From positions 928,001 to 992,000 of the forward strand of contig CAXWPH010000015.1 of assembly GCA_963666055.2 (NCBI GenBank): a stretch of 64,000 bases of DNA, in the 5' to 3' direction. The DNA comes from Acidobacteriota bacterium (lineage in GTDB: Bacteria > Acidobacteriota > UBA890 > WLXD01). The stretch's first letter is position 1; each line of letters starts with the position of its first letter. Shown here piece by piece: positions 9,202-18,920 of the stretch. Both the position numbers and the translations under genes were made by a program. The notes under the pieces are model-generated. The model saw only the letters and a program-made list of their open reading frames with translations. It was not told the origin of the DNA and made no database searches.

Positions 9202-9783
9202 CTACGGTTGCTCGAACCGAGCGCGACTCAGCAACGGCGATTCCAGCGCGCGCGTTGCGGTTCCTTTCTCAACGACATCCACGGCCAGCTCGTAGGTAGT
9301 CTCGGCCGGCGCGAAACAAGCTTTGTCGTTGCAAGCCTGATACAGGACGACGAACTCTAGGTCGCGAAATCCGAGCGCCGCCGTATCGGACACCTCGAGC
9401 ACTACGCCCGCCACGACGGATCCCTCCCACACTCGTAGCGGTCCATCCCAGAAGCCGAACGTGAGCTCGAGGGCGGGTGGATAGAAAACCTCGCTGACCG
9501 CGAATCCGTCCGCCTCCGCCAGACTCACCTCGGTGGCGATCAGGAAGTCCTCCGACGCGGGGTTCGCGTTGATATGGAACCCTTCGGCGACGCGGATCTC
9601 CACCGCCGCCCGCAGCGTTCCGCCGCGCGTTACCGGGCTCGTGGCGACCATCGCGGTGGACTCGGCACGCTCGCCCACCAGCTGCCCAGTGGCGACGTAG
9701 GCTGGCAACAGCATCGCGATCACCGCCGTCACCACGGTGCCTAATCGGATGGCGTGCGTGAGCGTGACACTAGTTCGCTGCAT
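9202..9783 (-). CDS. DsbD N-terminal-domain (thiol:disulfide interchange) protein
   Basis: Signal peptide, GFHINANP, YQACNDKACFAP. Confidence 0.8.
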   Translation of the reverse strand: MQRTSVTLTHAIRLGTVVTAVIAMLLPAYVATGQLVGERAESTAMVATSPVTRGGTLRAAVEIRVAEGFHINANPASEDFLIATEVSLAEADGFAVSEVFYPPALELTFGFWDGPLRVWEGSVVAGVVLEVSDTAALGFRDLEFVVLYQACNDKACFAPAETTYELAVDVVEKGTATRALESPLLSRARFEQP

Positions 9784-11854
9784 CCGCGGCTCTCTTGCTC
9801 GCTTCGATTACCTTCTGCGCGATGTTCGGCGGCACGTCCTCGTAGCGGGAGAATTCCATCGTGTATGTGCCGCGCCCGCCGGTGAGTGAGTTGAGCTCCA
9901 CAGCGTAGCTGAGCAACTCGGCCAGTGGAGCCTCGGCGTGGATGATCTGCCGGTTCTTGCGGGGATCCATGCCCTGCACGCGCCCGCGCCGGGAATTCAG
10001 GTCGCCCATCACGTCGCCCATCGAATCGTCGGGCACGTTGATCTCCAGCTTCATGATGGGTTCGAGCAGCACCGGCCGCGCCCGTGGTAGAGCGTCTTTG
10101 AAGGCGAGTGAGCCGGCGATCTTGAACGCCATCTCCGATGAGTCGACGGAGTGCTGCTTGCCGTCAGTCAGCTGGACCTTGAAGTCGACCATCGGGTATC
10201 CAGCCAATACGCCGCGAGCCGATGCCTCGATGACGCCTTTCTCGACCGCCGGACGATACGACTGCGAGATCGAACCGCCGAAGATCTTGTCCTCGAACTG
10301 AAAGCCACTCCCGGCGGGAAGCGGCATGACAGTGATCTTGGCGACGCCGAACTGTCCGCGGCCACCAGACTGCTTCTTGTGGCGCCCTTCAGCCTCGGCA
10401 GTGCCGCGGATGGTCTCGCGGTAAGGAACCTTGGGCGGATGCAGCTTGGCGTTGACTCCATAGCGACGTTTCATCTTCGCCAGGGTTACCTCGACATGCA
10501 GCTGTCCGATACCCGATAGCAACAGCTCGTGGGTCTGCGGGTCACGCTCTACGCCGAGCGTCGGGTCCTCGTCCTTGAGGCGCGCAATGGCGTTGCTGAT
10601 CTTCTCCTCGTCGCCCTGGCTCTCGGGCTCCAGGGCGAACGAGATCGCTGGCTTTGGGAACGTTACGTGCTCGACTACCGCCTTGCTCGCCTTGTCGCGC
10701 AAGGTGTCGGACGTTCCGGTGTCCTTGAGCTTGGTGACCGCGAAGATCTGCCCGGAGACCGCTTCGGCGAGGGGTTCGAGCTGCTTGCCCTGCACCAAGG
10801 ACATGTTGGAGAGTCGCTCGTTCGATTCGGTACGCGCGTTGACGACGGTGGCGTCGGCCTTGACGCCGCCGGTGAAGGCTTTGACATAGTTGATGCGACC
10901 GGCGAACGCATCGGAGACCGTCTTGAAGACGAGTCCGGCGAATGGCGCGTCTGCTTTGGCGTCGATCCACACGTCCTCGCCGTCCTCGCGTATCAGCAGC
11001 TGTCGGCGATCGATAGGCGATGGAAGGAAGTCGACGCATGCATCGAGCACCCGATCCGTGCCGATGTTGCGGGCTGCCGACATACACAGTACCGGGAACA
11101 AGTGCATCCCGAATACCGCCTGGCGTACGCCTTCGGTGAGTTGTTCACCGGTGAGGTCGCCCTCCTCGAAGTAGATCTCCAGAAGCTCTTCGTTGCTCTC
11201 GGCGACCATCTCCACGAGGGCCTCGCGCGCCGCTTCGGCGGCGGCTTTCATGTCGTCCGGAACGTCGCCTGCGACGCCCTTGCCGTCGCCGTCGACCGTG
11301 TAGGTGTAGGCCTTCATGTCGAGTAAATCGACTACGCCGGTGAATTTGTCGGCTTCGCCGATCGGTAGCTGTAGGGCCACGACCTCGCGCCCGAAGGCAT
11401 CGACGCACGATTCGACGGCCCGCTCGAAGGAGCTGTTCTCGCGATCCAGGCGGTTGATGACGACGACGCCCGGGACCTTGAGGTCGCGCATGTACTCCCA
11501 CACCTTCTCGGTCATGACCTCGGCGCCCGATAGGGCGTCGACGGTGACCAGCGCGCCGTCCACCACCCGCATCGCGCCCTTGGTCTCGGCGCGAAACACG
11601 GCGTATCCGGGCGTGTCCACGAACGTGACCTGGGAACCACGCCACTGCGCATGGGCAAGGCCGACCTGAATTGAGATCTGGCGGTCGATCTCCTCCTCGT
11701 CGAAGTCGGTGATCGAATGGCCCTCCTCGACCCGCCCGAGCCGGCTCACAGCTCCAGTGGTGTAAAGGCACGCCGACACCAGGGTCGTCTTACCGGCGTC
11801 ATCGTGCCCGATAACACCTACGTTCCGGAGATCCTCGCTCGCGAACTTGGCCAT
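9770..11854 (-). CDS. fusA: elongation factor G paralogue (EF-G II type)
   Basis: 694 aa; GHDDAGKTT, DTPG, KKQSGGRGQF, HSVDSSEMAF. Confidence 0.92.
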   Translation of the reverse strand: MAKFASEDLRNVGVIGHDDAGKTTLVSACLYTTGAVSRLGRVEEGHSITDFDEEEIDRQISIQVGLAHAQWRGSQVTFVDTPGYAVFRAETKGAMRVVDGALVTVDALSGAEVMTEKVWEYMRDLKVPGVVVINRLDRENSSFERAVESCVDAFGREVVALQLPIGEADKFTGVVDLLDMKAYTYTVDGDGKGVAGDVPDDMKAAAEAAREALVEMVAESNEELLEIYFEEGDLTGEQLTEGVRQAVFGMHLFPVLCMSAARNIGTDRVLDACVDFLPSPIDRRQLLIREDGEDVWIDAKADAPFAGLVFKTVSDAFAGRINYVKAFTGGVKADATVVNARTESNERLSNMSLVQGKQLEPLAEAVSGQIFAVTKLKDTGTSDTLRDKASKAVVEHVTFPKPAISFALEPESQGDEEKISNAIARLKDEDPTLGVERDPQTHELLLSGIGQLHVEVTLAKMKRRYGVNAKLHPPKVPYRETIRGTAEAEGRHKKQSGGRGQFGVAKITVMPLPAGSGFQFEDKIFGGSISQSYRPAVEKGVIEASARGVLAGYPMVDFKVQLTDGKQHSVDSSEMAFKIAGSLAFKDALPRARPVLLEPIMKLEINVPDDSMGDVMGDLNSRRGRVQGMDPRKNRQIIHAEAPLAELLSYAVELNSLTGGRGTYTMEFSRYEDVPPNIAQKVIEASKRAADAAN

Positions 11855-12044
11855 GCCTACCCTCGTTCCCTCGTTTCAGGGTAGCGCCGCCGACAGGCAC
11901 GCAGCGGAATCAGGGGGGGGCCGTGCGGGCCGACGAAGAACCGGTCGGCGCGAAGACTGCGCGAAAACGCTGGATGGTACCACGGCGAAGACGATCTTGG
12001 CGCGCCTTCGTAGGAGCGGTAGTGGCGCCCGCTCCGATCCGAGC

Positions 12045-13043
12045 TCAGGCTCGCCGAGCCTGCCTGAGGGTGGCGAGTAGGGTGCTCATGTCGCCTGGCG
12101 GTGCCACCTCGAATTCCATCCGCCGGCCGTCTTCGGGGTGCTCGAACGCAAGCCTGTGAGCATGAAGCGCGGGGCGCCCGAAGCCAGCGATCGCCCGTCG
12201 GACGCCGACGTCCTGGATGCCCTTCCACTGTTTCCCGGAGTACAGCGCATCACCTACCAGCGGATGGTGGATGTGCGCTAGGTGAGCGCGCACCTGGTGC
12301 GTACGGCCGGTACGCGGAAACGCGCGTAACAGCGTCACTCCGGGTCCCGGAAAATCCTCTTCGAGACTCCAGCGTGTGAGGGCGTCGCGCGCCTGGTTGG
12401 TGTTGGCGGAGATCTTCTTGCGGTCGGATCGGTCACGTCCCAGCGGTGTGTCGATCGTGCCGCTGTGTGCTTTCGGGCGCCCAAACACCAGGGCCAGGTA
12501 CTCTTTGCTCACCGTGCGGTTGGCGAACTGGTCGGCGATGCGCTGATGCGCCACGTCGGTCAGCGCGACGACGATTACACCGCTGGTTCCGCGATCGAGT
12601 CGGTGCACGATACCCGGCCTCGCGGTATCGGTCAGCGCCGAGAAGCGTCGTTGATAGCGGTGCAGCAGTGCGTGGACCAGCGTGCCGGTGGGGTGGCCAG
12701 GAGCGGGGTGTACGACCATGCCGGCCTGCTTGTTGATCACCGCCAGGGCAGCGTCCTCGTACAGGACGTCGAGCGGGATGTTCTCGGCGGTGATGTCCCA
12801 ATCCGGCGGGCGCGGCGCGAGGACGACGTGGACGGTCTGTCCCGAGATAACCGGGCTGGAGGCCTTGCGGGCGAGCGCGTCTCCGATTCGCACCGCGCCG
12901 GCCTCGATCAAGGCACGTGCACGAGAACGCGACACGTCGGCGAGCCGGCGGGCGAGCAATCGGTCGAGTCGCTCCCCGGCCTCTTGGTCGCTCACCTCGA
13001 GCCGTATCGTCGTTGGCTCGGGAGGTAGATCGGGCGGACTCAG
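12045..13043 (-). CDS. RluA/RluD family 23S rRNA pseudouridine synthase
   Basis: S4 domain RLDRLLA, NKQAGMVVHP, GIVHRLDRGTSG, TGRTHQVR, ALHAHRL; probable CTG start overlapping the lgt stop. Confidence 0.92.
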   Translation of the reverse strand: MSPPDLPPEPTTIRLEVSDQEAGERLDRLLARRLADVSRSRARALIEAGAVRIGDALARKASSPVISGQTVHVVLAPRPPDWDITAENIPLDVLYEDAALAVINKQAGMVVHPAPGHPTGTLVHALLHRYQRRFSALTDTARPGIVHRLDRGTSGVIVVALTDVAHQRIADQFANRTVSKEYLALVFGRPKAHSGTIDTPLGRDRSDRKKISANTNQARDALTRWSLEEDFPGPGVTLLRAFPRTGRTHQVRAHLAHIHHPLVGDALYSGKQWKGIQDVGVRRAIAGFGRPALHAHRLAFEHPEDGRRMEFEVAPPGDMSTLLATLRQARRA

Positions 13044-13939
13044 GTGGTGCTCTCCGCTGCCTTCTGCACCCCGGTGCGCAGGCGCGCCAACATGCCCAGG
13101 GCCAGCGTCACCATCACGATGGAGACGAACTGCGAGGTAGAGAGCATGCCGTTGAAGATTGCCCCTCGAGGATCGCCACGCCAGAACTCGAGCACGAATC
13201 GGAAAACGCCGTACCCCAACACATACACCCAGAACACCTGGCCGTCGAATCTCTTGCGCTTGTACAACCACAGCAACAACCCGAAGATCGCCAGGTTGCC
13301 GAGCACCGAGTACAGCTGCGTAGGATGCAGGGGGATGTTCAGCGGAACACCCACCAGCGTGCCGCTGTAGCTGTTGTCGAACGTCACGCCCCAGGGTGCA
13401 TCGGTGGGGATGCCGTAGCAGCAGCCAGCCGCGAAGCAACCGACGCGGCCGAACGCATGCGCGATGGCGATTGCCGGCGCTGCGACGTCGGCCGCTTTCC
13501 ACAACGGCATCCCATAACGGCGTATGTACCAGATCCCCACCACCAGTCCGGCGATCATGCCGCCGTAGAAGACGCCTCCCGCCTGCAGCAAGCTCAGCCC
13601 CATTCGAGAGACCGTTCCGAGGAACGCGCCGAAGCTGCCGAGATACGGTGAGAGCACCTCGCCAACCCTGCCGCCGCCGTCCTCGAGGATGCTCCTGAAC
13701 TGGCGACCGTAGAAGTCGTGATCGACGACCAGCAGCAGCAGCTTCGCTCCCACCAGACCGCCGAGGATGATGTAGACGCCGAGGTCGACCATCTGATCCG
13801 GGTCGATGCCCTCGCGACGTGCCAGACGCCGCGCCACGATGACCGCGACCAGAAAGGCAACGACCAACAGCACGCCATAGGTGTGGATCGTAATGGGGCC
13901 GATGCCGGGGATCGGCAGCCGAAACAGAATCGGAAACAT
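13040..13939 (-). CDS. lgt: prolipoprotein diacylglyceryl transferase
   Basis: TYG, GGVFYGG, GRVGCF..GCCYG, HPTQLY, RFVLEFWRGD. Confidence 0.95.
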   Translation of the reverse strand: MFPILFRLPIPGIGPITIHTYGVLLVVAFLVAVIVARRLARREGIDPDQMVDLGVYIILGGLVGAKLLLLVVDHDFYGRQFRSILEDGGGRVGEVLSPYLGSFGAFLGTVSRMGLSLLQAGGVFYGGMIAGLVVGIWYIRRYGMPLWKAADVAAPAIAIAHAFGRVGCFAAGCCYGIPTDAPWGVTFDNSYSGTLVGVPLNIPLHPTQLYSVLGNLAIFGLLLWLYKRKRFDGQVFWVYVLGYGVFRFVLEFWRGDPRGAIFNGMLSTSQFVSIVMVTLALGMLARLRTGVQKAAESTT

Positions 13940-13954
13940 CGAAACCTCGTGAAC

Positions 13955-14527
13955 TCAGGCGTCGTCACGCGCCGGCTGATCGGCCGGTGTCACGACGTCG
14001 CTCGGGGAGTGCTCGGGTTCTGCTGGTTCCTTGGTATCCCGGGCAAGTGCCAGGAACAGAGCGATCCCACCCATGGTAACGGCTGAGTCGGCGACGTTGA
14101 AAGCGGGGAACTCGTACCGATTCCAGTGCAGAAGCACGAAGTCGATGACGTAGCCGTAGAGCAGCCGGTCGACAAGGTTCCCCATGGCGCCGCCGAGAAT
14201 CGCCCCGAACGCTAGGATGACAGATCGTTGCGCGCTTTCGTGGCGAGCGTACGACCAGATGATCCCAACCGCCGCGATCGCCACCGCTACCAACACCCAG
14301 CGAACCCATTCGGCTTGCCCGCTGTTGAAGAAGCCGAAGGCCATGCCGCGGTTGTGTACGTGTGTGAGCGAGAGCACGTTGCCCAGTACCGGCACCCGCG
14401 CGTGCAGGGGAATGTTCATCCAGCAGAGCGTCTTGGTGATTTGGTCGATGACCAGCACGCACACGCTGGTAAGCAGGATGACGCGCCGACGGTCAGACGG
14501 GTCGGGCACGGCAGCAGTCGATTCCAT
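13955..14527 (-). CDS. lspA: lipoprotein signal peptidase II
   Basis: DQITK, HNRGMAFG, GNLVDR, VIDF, FNVAD. Confidence 0.95.
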   Translation of the reverse strand: MESTAAVPDPSDRRRVILLTSVCVLVIDQITKTLCWMNIPLHARVPVLGNVLSLTHVHNRGMAFGFFNSGQAEWVRWVLVAVAIAAVGIIWSYARHESAQRSVILAFGAILGGAMGNLVDRLLYGYVIDFVLLHWNRYEFPAFNVADSAVTMGGIALFLALARDTKEPAEPEHSPSDVVTPADQPARDDA

Positions 14528-14533
14528 GTTTCC

Positions 14534-14557
14534 CTAGCAGGCGGTGGTGGAAGCGTG
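14534..14557 (-). repeat. terminal fragment of the dispersed MITE-like repeat (copy C)
   Basis: Reverse complement CACGCTTCCACCACCGCCTGCTAG matches the right end of the copies at 24020-24092 and 39664-39732. Confidence 0.6.
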
Positions 14558-14594
14558 GTGTAACCCTTCGGGCGCGGGCTCGCGGGCTCGGCGA

Positions 14595-16646
14595 TCACGC
14601 GTCGGGTTTGTCACCCTGACCAGTAGTCGGTGCCGCGAGTGGATTAATGTCGACCACTCGCAGGCCGTGGCCGCGGGTAGCGACGAGAGCATACCCCGGC
14701 GCTTGCGCGCTGAGTCGCAGCGCCCAAGCTCGATCGAGGCCGGGGTCCTCGTCGAGGACGAGCCAGTGCTGGCCCTCACCGTGGCCACGGTACAGGGCAC
14801 CGCGGTAGTCGAGCGCCAGTACCTGATCTGGATTAGCGGGGTCAACCTCCACCGCACGCAGCCCCGCGGCTGGCCAGGGAATGGGCAGCTGCGTCCAGGT
14901 CGCTCCACCGTCTTGCGTCCGGTAGATGGCGCTGGCAGTCACCGCGTAGGCGATGTTCCGGTCCTCGGGGTGGAGGGCGAGGTCCTCGACGCCTCCCGGC
15001 AATCCCTTGAGCTTGACCGTCTGGGGCCGCTTTCCGGTGATCAGCTCCCGGAGGTCGCCGCGCACCGCCCAGCCGTCGCCCACGGCGAGAGTGAATGTAT
15101 TGCCAATCGTCAGTGCCTCAACGGCGGCGCCGCTCCATATTGCCCGCCACACGGGGCCGGCTTCGCTGTCGAAAGGCTGCGCGGCACCCTGCTTGTCGTC
15201 GAGAGAGGCGGCGGCCGCCACGTACAGCCCGCGGCTGGTGGCGGCAAGGATATGTCCATCCACGGCGTGGGCGATCTCGAGGGCCGTGAGATCCCCGGGA
15301 GGGGAGGGAACGGGCACCCAGCGGCCGCCCGGGAACGCACTCCACCAACCCGTCTCGCCGACAACCAACGCACGGTTGACGGGCTCGACCTGCGCCCGCA
15401 GGAATCGGATCGAGCCGATCGAGGGGGTTACCCCAAGCGGACGCCACGTCTGACCGATATCGGTCGAAACATGAACGGACTCGCGTAGGGGTCCGTCGCT
15501 GCGTGCCGCGAACAGGACGCGCGGCGCGCCTGGCAACACATCGAATGCCACGACACGAGCGCTGTGAAGGCCGCGGTTGCGCTCGTCAAAGCCGTCGCTG
15601 GGAGTGCCCGCCAGAACCCCACGCTCCTCGGTTGCCACGAAGAGCCGTTCGCCCCCTGGGCCGAGGGCGAGGGCGCTCACCGAGACAGCTCCGAGGAGAA
15701 TCGACCAGTTGACACCGCTGTCGGTGGATTGATACAGGGCCCCGCGAGTGCCCGCGTAGATCACTTCGGGGTTGCGAGGGTCATGGACGATCGTGTGTAT
15801 GCGATTGTGCGCGGGCGACACTCCGGTGCGGCGCTCAGCCCAGGTGTCACCTGCGTCGTTAGAGCAGTACAGGAAGTTGCAGGTGCCCGCCAGCACGGTA
15901 TCGGGATCGTTAGGGTCGATAGCGAGCGAGAAGATGTCACGATCGATGGCCATCCCCTGATAGACGCGGCGCCAGGTCGCCCCGCCATCACGGCTCCGAT
16001 AGACCTGCCGCCAGGTGCCAGCGTAGACGTGATCGGGATCGCGTGGGTCGACCGCCAGCGACTCTACGAACTCGGCCACTAGGCCCTGGCCATTGACGTT
16101 TGTCCATGAGTCACCGCCGTCGTCGCTGCGCCAGACACCGCCGATCCCGCCCACGTACATGGTGCGCACGCGCGAAGGGGCGACGGCAATGGACCGCAGC
16201 GACGGATCGCCCGGCAGCGACACGAGCTCCCAGGTTGTGCCACCGTCACTCGTGCGGGCCAGGCCGCCACTGCCCTGCGGCGTCCAGTAGGCCGCGAACA
16301 CGATGTCGGCGTCGCCGGGGTGAACCAGCAGGTTGTCGACCACAGCATCGTGTCCGAGAGCGACCGGTAGCTCCTGCCAGGATTCGGCGCTGTTGAGCGA
16401 CGCGTATACGTGGCCCGTCGCGGTCCCCAAGTACAGGCGAGTCGGCTCGCTTGGCGCCACTACGAGCGATCGAACCTCCCCCCCTGGGGGTCCGAGGCTG
16501 CGCCCGACGCGCGTCGCGAGGTGTGCTGTGATGCGTTCCGGCGTGTATTCCTGGGTGCCGGTCGCCGACCACGAAAGCCCGGCTGGGGCGATGACGAGCG
16601 TCGCCCCAGCCGCAAGAATCAGCGCCCGGGCTTTCCGAGCCGCCAT
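14595..16646 (-). CDS. secreted BNR/Asp-box (VPS10/YCF48-like) beta-propeller protein
   Basis: Many SxDGGxTW Asp-box repeats; signal peptide after ATG 16646. Confidence 0.85.
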   Translation of the reverse strand: MAARKARALILAAGATLVIAPAGLSWSATGTQEYTPERITAHLATRVGRSLGPPGGEVRSLVVAPSEPTRLYLGTATGHVYASLNSAESWQELPVALGHDAVVDNLLVHPGDADIVFAAYWTPQGSGGLARTSDGGTTWELVSLPGDPSLRSIAVAPSRVRTMYVGGIGGVWRSDDGGDSWTNVNGQGLVAEFVESLAVDPRDPDHVYAGTWRQVYRSRDGGATWRRVYQGMAIDRDIFSLAIDPNDPDTVLAGTCNFLYCSNDAGDTWAERRTGVSPAHNRIHTIVHDPRNPEVIYAGTRGALYQSTDSGVNWSILLGAVSVSALALGPGGERLFVATEERGVLAGTPSDGFDERNRGLHSARVVAFDVLPGAPRVLFAARSDGPLRESVHVSTDIGQTWRPLGVTPSIGSIRFLRAQVEPVNRALVVGETGWWSAFPGGRWVPVPSPPGDLTALEIAHAVDGHILAATSRGLYVAAAASLDDKQGAAQPFDSEAGPVWRAIWSGAAVEALTIGNTFTLAVGDGWAVRGDLRELITGKRPQTVKLKGLPGGVEDLALHPEDRNIAYAVTASAIYRTQDGGATWTQLPIPWPAAGLRAVEVDPANPDQVLALDYRGALYRGHGEGQHWLVLDEDPGLDRAWALRLSAQAPGYALVATRGHGLRVVDINPLAAPTTGQGDKPDA

Positions 16647-16647
16647 G

Positions 16648-18453
16648 CTAGCGCGGCGGGATCGTAACGATGATGTGAATTCGCCGGTTGCGCGCCCGCC
16701 CGGCAGGGGTGCCGCCGTCGGCAATCTGTTCGCTGCTACCACGCGAGCTCGTGTGGATTCGCGACGCGCCGATGCTATGACGGTCTACGAGGTCCGCCCG
16801 AGCGTTGTCGGCGCGCTGCTGCGAAAGCTCGTCATTGGCGGTAGCCGCTCCTGCCAAGTCGCTGTACCCGGTGATTGCGACCGTGGCGCTCGGGTTCTGC
16901 CGCAGCAACAAGGCCACGTCGTCGAGCACCGCCTTGCACCTGTTGTCGATCCGGGCGCTCCCCGAGCTGAAGTCGTAGCAATCGAACGGCCGTTCCTCCG
17001 GGGTGAGGTCCGGCATTTCCGGTATCTCGACGGTAACGCGAACCGTGCAGTCCGCCGTGCCGCCGCGGCCGTCGCTGGCCCGGCCGGTGATGTTCCCCGA
17101 ACCGGCCGGCACGCCGCTGCTGTTCCAGGTAACCACGTCGCCGGTCGTGGCACTCAGGCTTCCCGCCGCGGCATTCCAGTTGACCGTCACGGGGTCGCCG
17201 TTGGGGTCGCTGGTCACCGCCCGCACACGCACGCTCTCACCCTGCCGAACCGTCGACCGCTCGACCTCGCAGGTGAGCGTCGGCGCTCGGTTCCTAGCCT
17301 CCTCCTCGGCCAAGCGCCGTGCCTCCTCCTCGGCCAAGCGCCTTGCCTCCTCTTCGGCCAAGCGCCTTGCCTCGGCCTCCGATGCCGACCTGCCTTCGCC
17401 ATTGGTGTAGGCGAGGCCGAACAGCATTCCCCAGCGCCTGAGCGCGCCGTCGATTGCGCCCGGGTCGGTCTGCCAGGCGATGTCTCGGACGTTGATCTGA
17501 CTCTGGTAGTTAGCGGCGGCGTTGATCGATAGGCCACTGTCTAGCGCGGCACGCAGGCCGAGTCGGTAGACCGACTGATCGGCGTAACCCATGAAGTCGT
17601 TCTCGGTCGAGCTCTGGGTGGCCGCGACCCCGGTCCACTCGGCGATCGCCTGTAGTTGGCCGTCGGTCGGGAACTGCAATCCGACGCCATACAGCACCTC
17701 GGGGCTGACCTCGAAATTGAACAGGGTTGGAAACACGGTCTCCGGGGCGACGAGCGGCGCTCCGGTGATGTTGCGCCCGACGACGCCGGAGATCTTGTCG
17801 GCGGGATCCGGCGTGTCGTGCCACAGGTAACCGCCGTAGGCGTTGACACCGAGACGACCCAGTGCGGCGCTGCCGATGAGCTTGCCGCCAACGCTGAAAG
17901 CGCCGGTGCCGATGCCGGCGTTGGCCGCGGAGGTCGGTAGCTTGACCATTCCCTGAAGGGCGACGCCGCCGTACTCACGGAGATCGCCTGCAACCTTCAC
18001 CTTGATGCCCATCCAGATGTCGCCGAACCCGTCCTGGTCACGCTGCGCTGCGAACGGGTGGTTGTTGAGGCCCGAGCAGCAGAGGGGTGGCAGGAAGAAA
18101 AGCCCGCTGCCCGCGGGTACGAGATGCATGTCGAACAGCGTGGCCTCCGAGGTGAACCGTCGGTCGACCTCGATGCGCGGGGTTGCGCCGAAGAACACCT
18201 CGACGCGGTTGGTGAGGCCATAGGCGCCGGAGAAACCGTAGGAGGTGATAACGGAGTCGCCGTCCTCGCGGGCGATCCGATCAAAGAAAACCCCGAGCGA
18301 CCACTTTCCGGACTCCAGAACGCTGGCGCGCGCCACAGTAAACAGACCGGTGGTGCCTTCCTGGGTCGGGTCGTTCTTCGTCTGCGCAAAGGCTGCCGTA
18401 CCTGTCATGGCCACGAGCGCCAGTGCACCCACCAGAACCAGTGTGCGACGCAT
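16648..18453 (-). CDS. OmpA family outer membrane protein (barrel-like N-terminus, helical linker, Ig-like domain, OmpA C-terminal domain)
   Basis: Signal peptide after GGAGGAG RBS; ITGYSD, LSQQRA, RARNRR. Confidence 0.88.
   Translation of the reverse strand: MRRTLVLVGALALVAMTGTAAFAQTKNDPTQEGTTGLFTVARASVLESGKWSLGVFFDRIAREDGDSVITSYGFSGAYGLTNRVEVFFGATPRIEVDRRFTSEATLFDMHLVPAGSGLFFLPPLCCSGLNNHPFAAQRDQDGFGDIWMGIKVKVAGDLREYGGVALQGMVKLPTSAANAGIGTGAFSVGGKLIGSAALGRLGVNAYGGYLWHDTPDPADKISGVVGRNITGAPLVAPETVFPTLFNFEVSPEVLYGVGLQFPTDGQLQAIAEWTGVAATQSSTENDFMGYADQSVYRLGLRAALDSGLSINAAANYQSQINVRDIAWQTDPGAIDGALRRWGMLFGLAYTNGEGRSASEAEARRLAEEEARRLAEEEARRLAEEEARNRAPTLTCEVERSTVRQGESVRVRAVTSDPNGDPVTVNWNAAAGSLSATTGDVVTWNSSGVPAGSGNITGRASDGRGGTADCTVRVTVEIPEMPDLTPEERPFDCYDFSSGSARIDNRCKAVLDDVALLLRQNPSATVAITGYSDLAGAATANDELSQQRADNARADLVDRHSIGASRIHTSSRGSSEQIADGGTPAGRARNRRIHIIVTIPPR
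17297..17368. repeat. 24-bp tandem repeat x3 encoding (RRLAEEEA)n
   Basis: gcctcctcctcggccaagcgccgt / gcctcctcctcggccaagcgcctt / gcctcctcttcggccaagcgcctt. Confidence 0.9.
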
Positions 18454-18920
18454 TACATCTACTCCTCCGGGGTGGGCACCGCGGAACGATTTCTCTCGAC
18501 CGGATGCGCGGCCCCGAATCACAGCGCGCTACATCCTGTCATTTGGGGGATTTCGAACACCCATTGTACACGTCTAGGACAAGTCGTTGTGCGTCCAGGG
18601 AGCACGTATAAGGCAGAGTTTCACAGTTCACGGCAACTGCGGACGTGGCTGGACAGGACCGGACAGGAGAGACGCGCCGGATGCATGCCAACCGTGCTCG
18701 TCTTGGTCGGGACCGATCTGTCAACTCGGGTGTTCCGGGTGAAACGCAGAGTGCCCCGCTCCGACCACTGCCGGCTGCAGTCCCTCCGCCGATTCGGTGT
18801 GCGGGCTGACCTACCGCGGGCCTCAGGAACGGGTAATCTTCGGTGATACGCGCGCTTACCGCCGCTCCGCTTGTGCCGCTCGACGGAGCGAGAATCGCAG
18901 ATATCCGGAGGGCCCCACGA

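Noticed and set aside
17297-17368. CRISPR-like array
   Set aside because: Repeats are contiguous without spacers and in frame within ompA; no cas genes in the window
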